Source: Phycisphaerae bacterium (lineage in GTDB: Bacteria; Planctomycetota; Phycisphaerae; UBA1845; Fen-1342). Taken from it: a DNA stretch of 64,000 bases. Each line of letters begins with the position of its first letter. The stretch's first letter is position 1. Of the stretch, positions 10,760 through 19,608 are shown in pieces. Under the pieces are notes generated by a model, which saw only the letters and a program-made list of their open reading frames with translations, did no database searches and had not been told where the DNA came from. The stretch lies in the NCBI GenBank assembly GCA_963675745.2, contig CAXXWX010000023.1, forward strand, positions 96,001-160,000, read 5' to 3'. Both the position numbers and the translations under genes were made by a program.

Positions 10760-11344
10760 CTATGAAACCGGATAGTCGTTCTCGATCCATGCACGATCCG
10801 GGACGAAGATGCGGACGAGCTCGTCCATCTCCGGGGCCGCGATCTCGAAGTGACCGTAGCAGGGGGATAGTTCCTGCTGCGCCTGTTCTTTCGGGTCGCC
10901 CAGAACCACCATCCGCCAGATCGCCGCGGCCGCGCCGGTACGATCCGCGCCGGCCCGACAGTGAATCAGGATCGGCCCTTCCGCCGACAGAAACGCGTCA
11001 TACAGCGCCAGCAATTCGGCCCGCGGCGGCAAGGCATGGGCGCTCATGCGAATGTTGACCAGCTCGACGCCCCTGCCGGCCAGCACCGCCTGCTCGTTGT
11101 CATACCACGCGGACGACTCATTCTCGCCGCGCAGATTGATCACGGTGCGGATGCCCAGCGAATCGACCACCAGTGCCAGCGTCTCCGCGTCCAACTGTGC
11201 CGAGCGATAGGCGCGTTCGGGCTCGATGATACGGAAGTTGTCGGTCAGCCGCAGCGGCGCCCAACCATCCAGCTCCCCCAGGCCACAGCCGACCGCACTC
11301 AGCAGCAGGGCCGCGAGACACCCTCTGACTATTCGCTGATTCAC
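10760..11344 (-). CDS. Dual-specificity/tyrosine phosphatase family lipoprotein
   Basis: HCRAGADRTG CX5R motif, YRSAQ, GIRTVINLRG; lipobox AVGC. Confidence 0.85.
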   Translation of the reverse strand: MNQRIVRGCLAALLLSAVGCGLGELDGWAPLRLTDNFRIIEPERAYRSAQLDAETLALVVDSLGIRTVINLRGENESSAWYDNEQAVLAGRGVELVNIRMSAHALPPRAELLALYDAFLSAEGPILIHCRAGADRTGAAAAIWRMVVLGDPKEQAQQELSPCYGHFEIAAPEMDELVRIFVPDRAWIENDYPVS

Positions 11345-11386
11345 TGAATCGCTCCGGGCCCGCCGACGCCACGTGCGATCATGGCG

Positions 11387-14300
11387 TCAGCTTGCGCAGT
11401 TCGGATCGGCGGGTACGTCCGTACCGCCGTAGCAACGCTGGAGAATGCCAAAGTCCGCCAGATCAGTGTCATCGTCACAGTCAAGGTCGGCGTTCTGACA
11501 ATCGGGATCAGGCACGATCACGCCGACGCCCAACTGACAGTCGCAAAACTGCGCGAAGTCACCCGTATCGACATCGTCGTCAAGGTCAACATCGCCGGCG
11601 ACGGAAACGGTGACTCGATAAACGCCGACTTCTTCGGCAGCCAGCGAGACGGCGAAACGCGCCTGTCCACTGCTCGCAAGGCGTTCGGCCGGCAGGGCCA
11701 CATCCGACACCACATCCCACACGCCCAGCGGGGCACACGCCGTCACCTGCCCCATCCCAACCAGGTCGATCGTAATCACATCTTCGAGTCCGGCCTGATC
11801 GGCCCCTCTGACCGTGAGCAGCACGTCACCGCGCGCGAAGTCGCCAAACCGCTCAACCTCGGCGCTCGGGCCGCCGGTCGCATGTGTGATGGGCTCCCAG
11901 CCGGCGGTGCTCAGATCGCGGATAATCGGTATATAAAACTGGAATAATGGTCGATCGCGCTCGTAAAGCTCCGGGTGCAGGAAATAACGGTCTGGGGCAC
12001 CGCCGACCACGGCGCCACCGGCCGAGCTCACCGCCGGATAGAACCCCCAGAAGAGCTGCCCGCGGATGAACTGCTCCATCTGGTCATAAGTGATGTATTC
12101 CGGCAGATCCCAGCCCCATTGCAGCAGGTTGCTGACGATGCGTTGTCGCGCCAGTGTGCGACGCATCCGGCTGTCCGTGTCGCTCTCCACAAGCTGCCAA
12201 ACCTCCGATCCCAGGACGTCGCCGCGATGGGAATGGAAGCGCATCGCCGACGGGAAGATGTTCAGCATCATCAGCTTGCCGCGACTGTGGACTTCGGCCG
12301 CAACCGCCTCCAACAGCTCAGCCTGCGCCTGGGGCGCGATCTGCGCCGCCTCACCGTCGTCCCAGGAGAATGTGAGCGGCGAGTCGGATACCGCCAGGTG
12401 CTCCGCCCGACGATTCTCCCACGACGATATCGAGTTTGTGGTCACCGAGTCGATGTAGACGCCGGCGTTCTGGTCGAGCTCGCGATACAGCCACTCATCG
12501 CTGGCGTGCAGCTCGAACGTGCTGGGGGTGGGCAGATCGGGATCAGGATTCACCGGCCAGGCCTGAAACATGCTCGCCGTAACACCACCCCATTCGTGCC
12601 AAAGGTACGAGCTGCTATCAATGAAGTAACGGCCTTCGGCATCCAGCGGCGATGAATTGACGACCGCCTGGGCGGTTTGCTGCCGGGGAAACCGCAGCCA
12701 GATCGGCCCACCGTCGTCCCAGTTGGTGTTCTGCGCCGACGCCCAGTTCTGGTCGTCCACATCAAACGGCAGGGACAGGTACGTCACCGCATCATATGTG
12801 CTCTCGACCAGCAGATCGTCAATGTGGACAAAATGATCACCGCCGGTCCAATGCCTGATGGACACCCGCATCGCCACGGCGCTGGCGGGCAGCTCATACA
12901 CATATGAGAAAGGCTCCCAGGTATCCGGCGTGGTGTTGACAATACCGGGGACAACGTGAGCGGCCGATCCGGATGACCAGAACCATCCGTCCGGCGCGGG
13001 CGTCGCCTCGGTGATATCATACCCGGCGCTGTCAAAGATCCGGACCGAGGCGATCTGGGTCGTCTCGATCGAGAGCGTACGCGCCTGCCAGGCTATTCTG
13101 ACCGCGTCGCCGCCGGCCACGGCGAATGGCTCCGCAGTGGCCATGCCGGCGCCGGTCGATAGTCCGTCGCCGAGCAACAGGTGACCGGTGTTGTCCACGC
13201 CACCATCAGGTAACCAGGTCACGACGCCGCCGGGGGCAGTGGCCCAGTCTTCAAGCCGGGCCACACGCTCTTCATAGGGTGGCTTTTCATCAACCTCGCC
13301 CCATGGCTGCCAGGGACACCACGGCTCGGTGTAATAGAAGACTCCGATTCCCAACTGGTCACACAGATCCCGTTCCGCCTGCGCGAACGGGTGCGTTTCC
13401 AGAAACGCGAAGCCGAAGTCCAACGGGTCGGGAATCAGGCTCGGGTGGATCGGGTACATCCACGCCCCTTCGAGCGTGGTCCGCTTGGTGAAGTAGTCGG
13501 GATGAAGCTCGTAGTAGCGATCAACCGCGGCCCGGAAACCCCAGGTCGGATCGTGGTGCAACACCGATAGCGTAAGATCGGCGTGGCCCGGCCCCAGCTT
13601 GGTGGTCACCGGCGACAGGCAGATTTCCCAGGCGGAACTGAGTCCGACGGCCGTGTCGTACTCGAAACGCTGCGCCGCGGGACGGTCTTGCGGCACGCAC
13701 AGCGACAGTCCGTAGTCGGCAGATGTGATCGAACTGAACGGATAGAACGAAACCGGGTGCCGATTGTGATCAAACGTGTTGCGGTAGAGTATGCCCGGCG
13801 CGATCAGCCGCGCGCTGTCGATGTCGTCCCACCACTGCTGAGCATCCGCCTGCACCGGCAATGTCCAACACACTTGCAGGGCGCGATCGGCCAGCGGCGC
13901 GGACGTATCCTGCAGCGCCAGGTCAATCTCCAGGTGTCCGCCGGTTGCCGTGACCGCCGTGTCTACGTGCAGACTTCGGCCCGGCACATCGACGCTCTGC
14001 GTAAAGCCGCCCGCCGCGGGCACAATCGGCCCCGAAATCGGGACCCGGTCACCCCATTCGGCGCCGCCCACCACGTCGAGATTGAAATCGTCAATGTGCA
14101 GCAGGTGGTCGCCGCCAGTCCAGTGACGCAAGGACACGCGGGCGAACGCGGCGTCCGTTGACACCGGGTAGAAGCGCTCGAACTGCTCCCAGGTGTCTGT
14201 TTCAGCGCAGCCGAATCCCCATACGCCGTGGGCCAGTGATGTACCGGTGTAACTCCAACCAGTGGGAGTGTTGGAGCTGGACGTGATGTCCTGCCCCAGT

Positions 14301-14803
14301 GCATCATAGATGCGCACGCACAGAATGTGCGTTGTCTCGGTGGAGGCGGCCAGAGCCTGCCAGGCGATTCTCACCTTACTGCCGGGTGCAACTGGTATTG
14401 CGGCATCCATGGCCATACCGGCCCCTTCCGCCGATCCATCGCCCAGCAGCAAGTGGCCGCTGTTGTCGGGACCGCCGTCCGGAAGCCACGTCACATACGA
14501 ACCATAGTTGTCCCAAGACGCATTCCGCGCAGAGACAATCGGGCCGGTGCCCGCATCGAAATCAAGATGTTGCAACACGTAAGGCGCTATTGGCTCGCCA
14601 ATCCGCATGGACAAGCCGCCGGGCTCGCCCGGCACGAGCGGCACCGGTATGCCGTTTACGCTCACCGCGGTCACCGAACCATCGAGATCAGAAAACGTCA
14701 CGCTCAGCCCGTCGCCCGTATCCAGCGTCGTGGCCGCGACCGGGCAGACAACCGCGGCGACAGCAATCACCACGCACAGCATTCGAACAGGTGCGGCGGG
14801 CAT
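11387..14803 (-). CDS. Large secreted glycoside-hydrolase-like protein with two CBM-like repeats and C-terminal dockerin-like tag (start uncertain)
   Basis: Signal peptide; duplicated VTWLPDGG.DN.GHLLLGDG...RHWTGGDH..HIDD module; GVYIDS, FWGFYP core; C-terminal GDVDLDDDVDTGDF...ADLDCDDDTDLADF. Confidence 0.7.
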   Translation of the reverse strand: MPAAPVRMLCVVIAVAAVVCPVAATTLDTGDGLSVTFSDLDGSVTAVSVNGIPVPLVPGEPGGLSMRIGEPIAPYVLQHLDFDAGTGPIVSARNASWDNYGSYVTWLPDGGPDNSGHLLLGDGSAEGAGMAMDAAIPVAPGSKVRIAWQALAASTETTHILCVRIYDALGQDITSSSNTPTGWSYTGTSLAHGVWGFGCAETDTWEQFERFYPVSTDAAFARVSLRHWTGGDHLLHIDDFNLDVVGGAEWGDRVPISGPIVPAAGGFTQSVDVPGRSLHVDTAVTATGGHLEIDLALQDTSAPLADRALQVCWTLPVQADAQQWWDDIDSARLIAPGILYRNTFDHNRHPVSFYPFSSITSADYGLSLCVPQDRPAAQRFEYDTAVGLSSAWEICLSPVTTKLGPGHADLTLSVLHHDPTWGFRAAVDRYYELHPDYFTKRTTLEGAWMYPIHPSLIPDPLDFGFAFLETHPFAQAERDLCDQLGIGVFYYTEPWCPWQPWGEVDEKPPYEERVARLEDWATAPGGVVTWLPDGGVDNTGHLLLGDGLSTGAGMATAEPFAVAGGDAVRIAWQARTLSIETTQIASVRIFDSAGYDITEATPAPDGWFWSSGSAAHVVPGIVNTTPDTWEPFSYVYELPASAVAMRVSIRHWTGGDHFVHIDDLLVESTYDAVTYLSLPFDVDDQNWASAQNTNWDDGGPIWLRFPRQQTAQAVVNSSPLDAEGRYFIDSSSYLWHEWGGVTASMFQAWPVNPDPDLPTPSTFELHASDEWLYRELDQNAGVYIDSVTTNSISSWENRRAEHLAVSDSPLTFSWDDGEAAQIAPQAQAELLEAVAAEVHSRGKLMMLNIFPSAMRFHSHRGDVLGSEVWQLVESDTDSRMRRTLARQRIVSNLLQWGWDLPEYITYDQMEQFIRGQLFWGFYPAVSSAGGAVVGGAPDRYFLHPELYERDRPLFQFYIPIIRDLSTAGWEPITHATGGPSAEVERFGDFARGDVLLTVRGADQAGLEDVITIDLVGMGQVTACAPLGVWDVVSDVALPAERLASSGQARFAVSLAAEEVGVYRVTVSVAGDVDLDDDVDTGDFAQFCDCQLGVGVIVPDPDCQNADLDCDDDTDLADFGILQRCYGGTDVPADPNCAS

Positions 14804-15007
14804 GGACCGTAGTCTCCAGATCAACCTGAGCGCGGATGAGCCGGACGACATCCCACATCGCCAGCTCACGGACACGCCGATACTGCCACTATACCCCGTC
14901 CAAGGCCACAACCCACCATCTAATCGCCGGCCGATAAGCTCGCGCTACAGGGCTGAGAGTATTCGGCGCTTGATTGACGCGTTGCGGCGGTCGCCGACGC
15001 GGTACGT

Positions 15008-15934
15008 TCAGTCCGGTAGGGCCCGCCGATGAGCGTCAAGCACATCTCTGGGCAGCAGGAGGATTTCGACGCGCCGGTTTTTGGCCGGATCGTCGCTGAT
15101 CGGGCGGTATGAGCTGCACCCCATCACGGCTATCCGCGCTTCGGGCAGACCGGCTTCGACCAGGGCGCTCTTCACTGCGATGGCGCGATGCACCGAGAGA
15201 TGCCAATTGGTCGGGTGCCGTGCCAGAATGTCCGGACGCGTGATCGGCGAATCATCAGTGTGTCCCACTACGACAACGTCATACATCCGGTCGGCGTGGG
15301 TCTTAAGCGCGTCGCCCAGCAATTGGGCAAAGTCGCTGATCCCGCGCGCGGCGTCGGGGCGCACCGTGTCACTGCCCGGCCTGAAAAGCCGATCGTTCGC
15401 GAACGTCAGCCCGCCTCGCAAGCGGTCATAACGCACGCGACCGCCCCAGCGGCTGGCAAAAGCCCGCAGCTCCGCGTCAAGCGCGGGGGGCAACGGCGAC
15501 ACGCGCACATCCGGTTCCCCCGAGACGTGCGCGTCTTGCACGACGATTAGCGCGCTGAGCTCATCCACACGCGCCGCAAGACTGTCGGCACGCTCGCGCA
15601 GCGTGGCGGCTTCGGCCTCACACGCCGCCCGGCGCTGCCGCGCCTCGGAAAGTTGCGCTTGCAGCCCGGCGTCTGAATCTGCATGGGGTGTAGCCGCCCG
15701 CGCGGCCGGCTTCGATCGCGGTTCCGTCGGGGGCGTGGGTTTACGGCCGACCGCGCAGCCGCCGAGCAAAACAACCGCCGCCGGCACGAGCATTAGCAGG
15801 TGGGCGCGCACGATGGTATCCGCCAAAGGTGAATGCGGGTGTGGACGACCGTGTGCGACACTAGCGCCGCTTCCGGCTTGGTCGTTTCGCGTGACGCGCA
15901 TCGTAACGGCCTGGCCGCTAGCGCCGCGCGCCAC
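15008..15934 (-). CDS. OmpA/MotB-family peptidoglycan-binding lipoprotein with coiled coil (true start may be about 15793)
   Basis: Lipobox LGGC; LFRPGSD, GHTDD, NWHLSVHRAIAV, NRRVEI. Confidence 0.85.
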   Translation of the reverse strand: MARGASGQAVTMRVTRNDQAGSGASVAHGRPHPHSPLADTIVRAHLLMLVPAAVVLLGGCAVGRKPTPPTEPRSKPAARAATPHADSDAGLQAQLSEARQRRAACEAEAATLRERADSLAARVDELSALIVVQDAHVSGEPDVRVSPLPPALDAELRAFASRWGGRVRYDRLRGGLTFANDRLFRPGSDTVRPDAARGISDFAQLLGDALKTHADRMYDVVVVGHTDDSPITRPDILARHPTNWHLSVHRAIAVKSALVEAGLPEARIAVMGCSSYRPISDDPAKNRRVEILLLPRDVLDAHRRALPD

Positions 15935-16817
15935 CCGTCGCGCGCCCCATGAGCCACCCGATCAGTACCGACACTCCCACCACACCGACAGCTCCCGGCA
16001 GGAAGTAGATCAGGAAGTGCTTGGTGAGCCAATCGGCGTAGGTCGGCACGTAGTTTTGCAGCCCGGCCGCCGCAACGCTCCCCGCCAGCGCGATCAGCAG
16101 CAGCGCGCCAACCAGCAAGCCACCCATGATCCCCTCGACCGGGTCACCTACGGCCGCCGTCGAGATCGGCACGATAGCCTCGCCGGCTTCGATGTCTTCT
16201 TCTTCGGCGACGGGCTCGGCCGGTTCAGCCTCTTCTTCTTCGACCTCCTCAGCCGGCTCGGCCTGCTCGGTCCGGTCCTCGGCCTCTTCCTCGCCGGGAT
16301 AGATCTCATCAAGCAGCTCGGCGCCGAGCGATGTATCGTCAGCTTCACGCGTCAGATCGAGCAGGCCGGAGCCGCTACCGGCCCCATCAAGCTGAACCTG
16401 ATCATCGGTAGGCGTGTCGGTGATCTGCGTCTTCGCCATCGGGTCGGCGTCGATTTCGAGCTCGTCGTCATCAAAGACGCCGATACCGCTCGCGGAAATG
16501 ACCGTGTCTTCTTTCTCTTCGGGTGGTTGCTCCTGAGCCGGCTCGAGGCCGATTATGCTCGTGCCGCCACCAGTATCCGCCAGTGTGGGCAATTCCTCAT
16601 CGACGGATTCCAGCGTCACCTCGTCCGGCTGTTCCCCGGCGTCAGCGCCGGCGTCGGCGCCAGCGCCCAGCCGATCGACATCCTCAGCTTTGAAGAAAAC
16701 CTTGCCGGCATCGCGAAACTCGCGCAATTCACCGTCGCGCACCAGCGCGCGGATGTCGTCCTCCGACTTGCCAAGCTTGGCACACGCCTCTTCCATCGAA
16801 TAAAACGGCTTGGCCAT
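15918..16817 (-). CDS. Excisionase-type HTH protein with acidic linker and two C-terminal TM helices
   Basis: FYSMEEACAKLG...LVRDGELREFRDAGKVFFK; E/D-rich middle with GSGSGLLDLTREADDTSLGAELLDEI; two TMs. Confidence 0.75.
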   Translation of the reverse strand: MAKPFYSMEEACAKLGKSEDDIRALVRDGELREFRDAGKVFFKAEDVDRLGAGADAGADAGEQPDEVTLESVDEELPTLADTGGGTSIIGLEPAQEQPPEEKEDTVISASGIGVFDDDELEIDADPMAKTQITDTPTDDQVQLDGAGSGSGLLDLTREADDTSLGAELLDEIYPGEEEAEDRTEQAEPAEEVEEEEAEPAEPVAEEEDIEAGEAIVPISTAAVGDPVEGIMGGLLVGALLLIALAGSVAAAGLQNYVPTYADWLTKHFLIYFLPGAVGVVGVSVLIGWLMGRATGGARR

Positions 16818-16844
16818 ACTGCAAACTCCTTGTGTCAGGCAGCG

Positions 16845-17333
16845 CTAGTCGCCGTCCGGCTGTCGAGCATCAGTATTGTGTCCTGAATCCGCTTGCGCGT
16901 CGAGCCCGCTCTCGTCGCGGGACTGTTCGAGACGCCGCTCGTGCTCGACGAGTCGCTGCACATCTCGAAAACTCGGGGCCACGCAGTTGAAATCCCGCAG
17001 GTAGCGGTCGTAAACGAACGTTCGCGCCGCGACCAGCCGCAGGTTGCGCGCGCCGTCCTTGGTCGTCTGAATCTCGTACGCCCACAGAGTGCTCTGATCG
17101 ACGTCCAGCATGAACAATCCGTAGCTGTTCCTGTCGAGCTGGCCGGTAAAGGCAAAGATGCCCCGTGCTCCCGCCAGTGGCTGGTTTTGCGCGAGGGCCA
17201 CCTGACTGACGCCCGGCAGCGGACGCACACACAGGGCCGTCGCGATGATCGCCAGCAAGAGCGCGATAATCCAATAGACCGTCTGATGCTGGCGTGCCGG
17301 TCCCATGGTGGTTTGCCCCGCTGGGGATGTCAT
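16845..17333 (-). CDS. Conserved hypothetical membrane-anchored protein
   Basis: N-terminal TM, then AFTGQL..YGLFMLDVD..TLWAYE..LRLVAAR.F.YDRYL; co-oriented with the HTH and OmpA genes. Confidence 0.65.
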   Translation of the reverse strand: MTSPAGQTTMGPARQHQTVYWIIALLLAIIATALCVRPLPGVSQVALAQNQPLAGARGIFAFTGQLDRNSYGLFMLDVDQSTLWAYEIQTTKDGARNLRLVAARTFVYDRYLRDFNCVAPSFRDVQRLVEHERRLEQSRDESGLDAQADSGHNTDARQPDGD

Positions 17334-17639
17334 CGTCGCCTCGCTCAGCCGCGGGAGGTTCTATGCCGCTCCCCCACGATTGGGATGTTAGCCAGCGCCG
17401 CGTGCCGTCGCAAGCAAAAGCCGCCCCAATTGTCCCGACGCGCCGCCCAGCGGGCATGCATTGATAATCCGCGCGGAGGCCGGGATTCCGGCTGGCACCA
17501 ATGCGCCGGGGTGCCTATAATGCCCAGCGTGTTTTAGGCGTCTGTATCATGCTGTGACGTCGATGGTTGCGCAGAAATCGGCGAAAGAACAGAACAGGTC
17601 GCTTCAGCGGCAAGAACTAGCGGTATCGACAATACGGCC

Positions 17640-17790
17640 CGCACCCGAAAGTGCGAGTGCTGTTCATGGAAACGCCGGGCGTCGGCTGAGATTCCTGACC
17701 GTCAGTATCTGAATCAATACAGTTGTACATCATACCGGCCTGACGGTCACCAAGTGCGGTTCCCGGTAATCCGTACTGTGCGTGTGCCCC
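17640..17790 (+). ncRNA. Candidate 6S RNA-like long hairpin upstream of rny
   Basis: Nested inverted repeats ATGGA(17666)/TCCGT(17770), GCCGGG(17674)/CCCGGT(17762), TGACCGTCAG(17696)/CTGACGGTCA(17740) with an internal bubble; non-coding; lies 5' of rny. Strand and ends are uncertain. Confidence 0.4.
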
Positions 17791-17928
17791 CCCACCGCTG
17801 ATCGCGTTGTTCGCGCGACCTGTTCTGCGACAAACCGCTGGTCAATCCCTGCCCGCCGTCTGCGTCCCAGGTATATGGGGTCAGGCAGTGGTTATTCCTG
17901 CCGATGCAAAAGCGAAACGGACAAAACC

Positions 17929-19524
17929 ATGGGACCGCAGGATCTATTGCTTGCGGCTACCTTGGGATTGGACTGGGTATTGTTGCTGTTGGTCTCGGCG
18001 GCCGTGGGAGGAGCGGCGGTCTGGGGGATCGACAAGCTACGAGACCGGGCCGCCAGGGTAGCGCGCGAAGCCGACGCTGAGCGAACTCTCACTGAAGCAC
18101 GCCAACGCGCCGAGGAGCTCGTCCGCACCGCGGAAGTTCAGGCAAAAAAAGAGTTCCTGGAAATGCAGGAGCGTTTCGAGCGCGAAACCGTCGAAACGCG
18201 CAATGAGCTGAAGGGGGCTGAACGCCGGCTGGCCAAGCGCGAAGACACGCTTGACAAGCAGATCGAGGTGCTCGACACCAAGGAGCGTAAGCTCGAGGAA
18301 CGCTCGCAGGAAACCAGTCGTCGCGAGAGCGCGGTCAAGGAACAGGCCCAGGCCGTGGAGTCAACGCTCGCCGAGCAGCGCGCCGAGCTATTGCGTATCT
18401 CCCGACTCACTCCCGAACAGGCCCGCGAAGTCTGCCTGAAACGCATCGAGGAAGAGGTCGAGCACGAGGCCGGCCAGATGGTCGACCGTGTCATCGGCGA
18501 GGCCCAGGACACGGCCCGCGAGCGCGCCCGGCATATCGTCATCGGAGCCATCGAGCGCTACGCCGCCGACCACACCAGCGAAACAACCGTTGCCTCCATC
18601 GATGTTGCCTCGGATGATATGAAAGGCCGCGTCATCGGACGAGAAGGCCGCAACATCAGGGCCTTCGAAAAAGCCACCGGCGTGACCGTCGTGGTCGACG
18701 ACACACCCGGTATCGTCAGCGTGACCGCGACCGACCCCATCCGACGCGAGGTCGCGCGCGTCGCACTCGACAAGCTCATCCGCGACGGGAGAATTCACCC
18801 CACACGCATCGAGGAAATCGTCGAGGCCACCAGCACCGAAATCGAGCAGCAGATCAAAGAGGCCGGCCAGAAGGCAACTCTGGAGGCCAACGTTCACGGC
18901 GTTCCGAAGAAGATGATCGAGCAGCTCGGACGTCTGCACTTCCGCACAAGCTACGGCCAGAATGTCCTGCGCCACAGCGTCGAGGTTTGCTATATCGCCG
19001 GCATGATGGCCGATGAGTTGCGACTTGACGGTGCGTTGGCACGGCGTTGCGGATTGCTGCACGACATCGGCAAGGGATTTGCGCACGATGAGGGCCTGGG
19101 CACACATACCAAGATCGGGGTCGACTATTGCCGGCGTTTCAACGAACACGAGGCGGTCCTGAACGCGGTCGAAGGCCATCATGGTGACATCCCGGCGACC
19201 ACGCCTTACACACCCTTGGTGATGGCGGCCGACGCCATCAGCGCCGCCAGGCCGGGAGCGCGGCGCGAGTCCCTGGAGCGCTACATCAAACGACTTGAGG
19301 AACTCGAGGGTATTGCGACGGGCTTCAGTGGAGTCCGCCAGGCACACGCGATCGAGGCCGGTCGGGAGGTACGCGTGATCGTTGATGCGGGCCAGGTCAA
19401 CGACCAGTCGGCGCTCAAGCTGGCGCGCGATATCGCCAAGCGCATCGAAGAATCAATGACCTACCCCGGCGAGATTCGCGTCACGGTCCTTCGCGAGCTG
19501 CGCGCGGTGGAGTACGCTCGCTAA
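17929..19524 (+). CDS. rny: Ribonuclease Y
   Basis: N-terminal TM, coiled coil, KH ([17 protein letters not shown]), HD domain ([29 protein letters not shown]), YPGEIRVTV. Confidence 0.97.
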   Translation: MGPQDLLLAATLGLDWVLLLLVSAAVGGAAVWGIDKLRDRAARVAREADAERTLTEARQRAEELVRTAEVQAKKEFLEMQERFERETVETRNELKGAERRLAKREDTLDKQIEVLDTKERKLEERSQETSRRESAVKEQAQAVESTLAEQRAELLRISRLTPEQAREVCLKRIEEEVEHEAGQMVDRVIGEAQDTARERARHIVIGAIERYAADHTSETTVASIDVASDDMKGRVIGREGRNIRAFEKATGVTVVVDDTPGIVSVTATDPIRREVARVALDKLIRDGRIHPTRIEEIVEATSTEIEQQIKEAGQKATLEANVHGVPKKMIEQLGRLHFRTSYGQNVLRHSVEVCYIAGMMADELRLDGALARRCGLLHDIGKGFAHDEGLGTHTKIGVDYCRRFNEHEAVLNAVEGHHGDIPATTPYTPLVMAADAISAARPGARRESLERYIKRLEELEGIATGFSGVRQAHAIEAGREVRVIVDAGQVNDQSALKLARDIAKRIEESMTYPGEIRVTVLRELRAVEYAR

Positions 19525-19608
19525 TACAACCGGGGCCGAGAATCAGAGGACGCAACCGCCCTCGGACCCTCGACCCCTTCACCCTTCGGCCCCCTCGGCT
19601 GATTCCTT

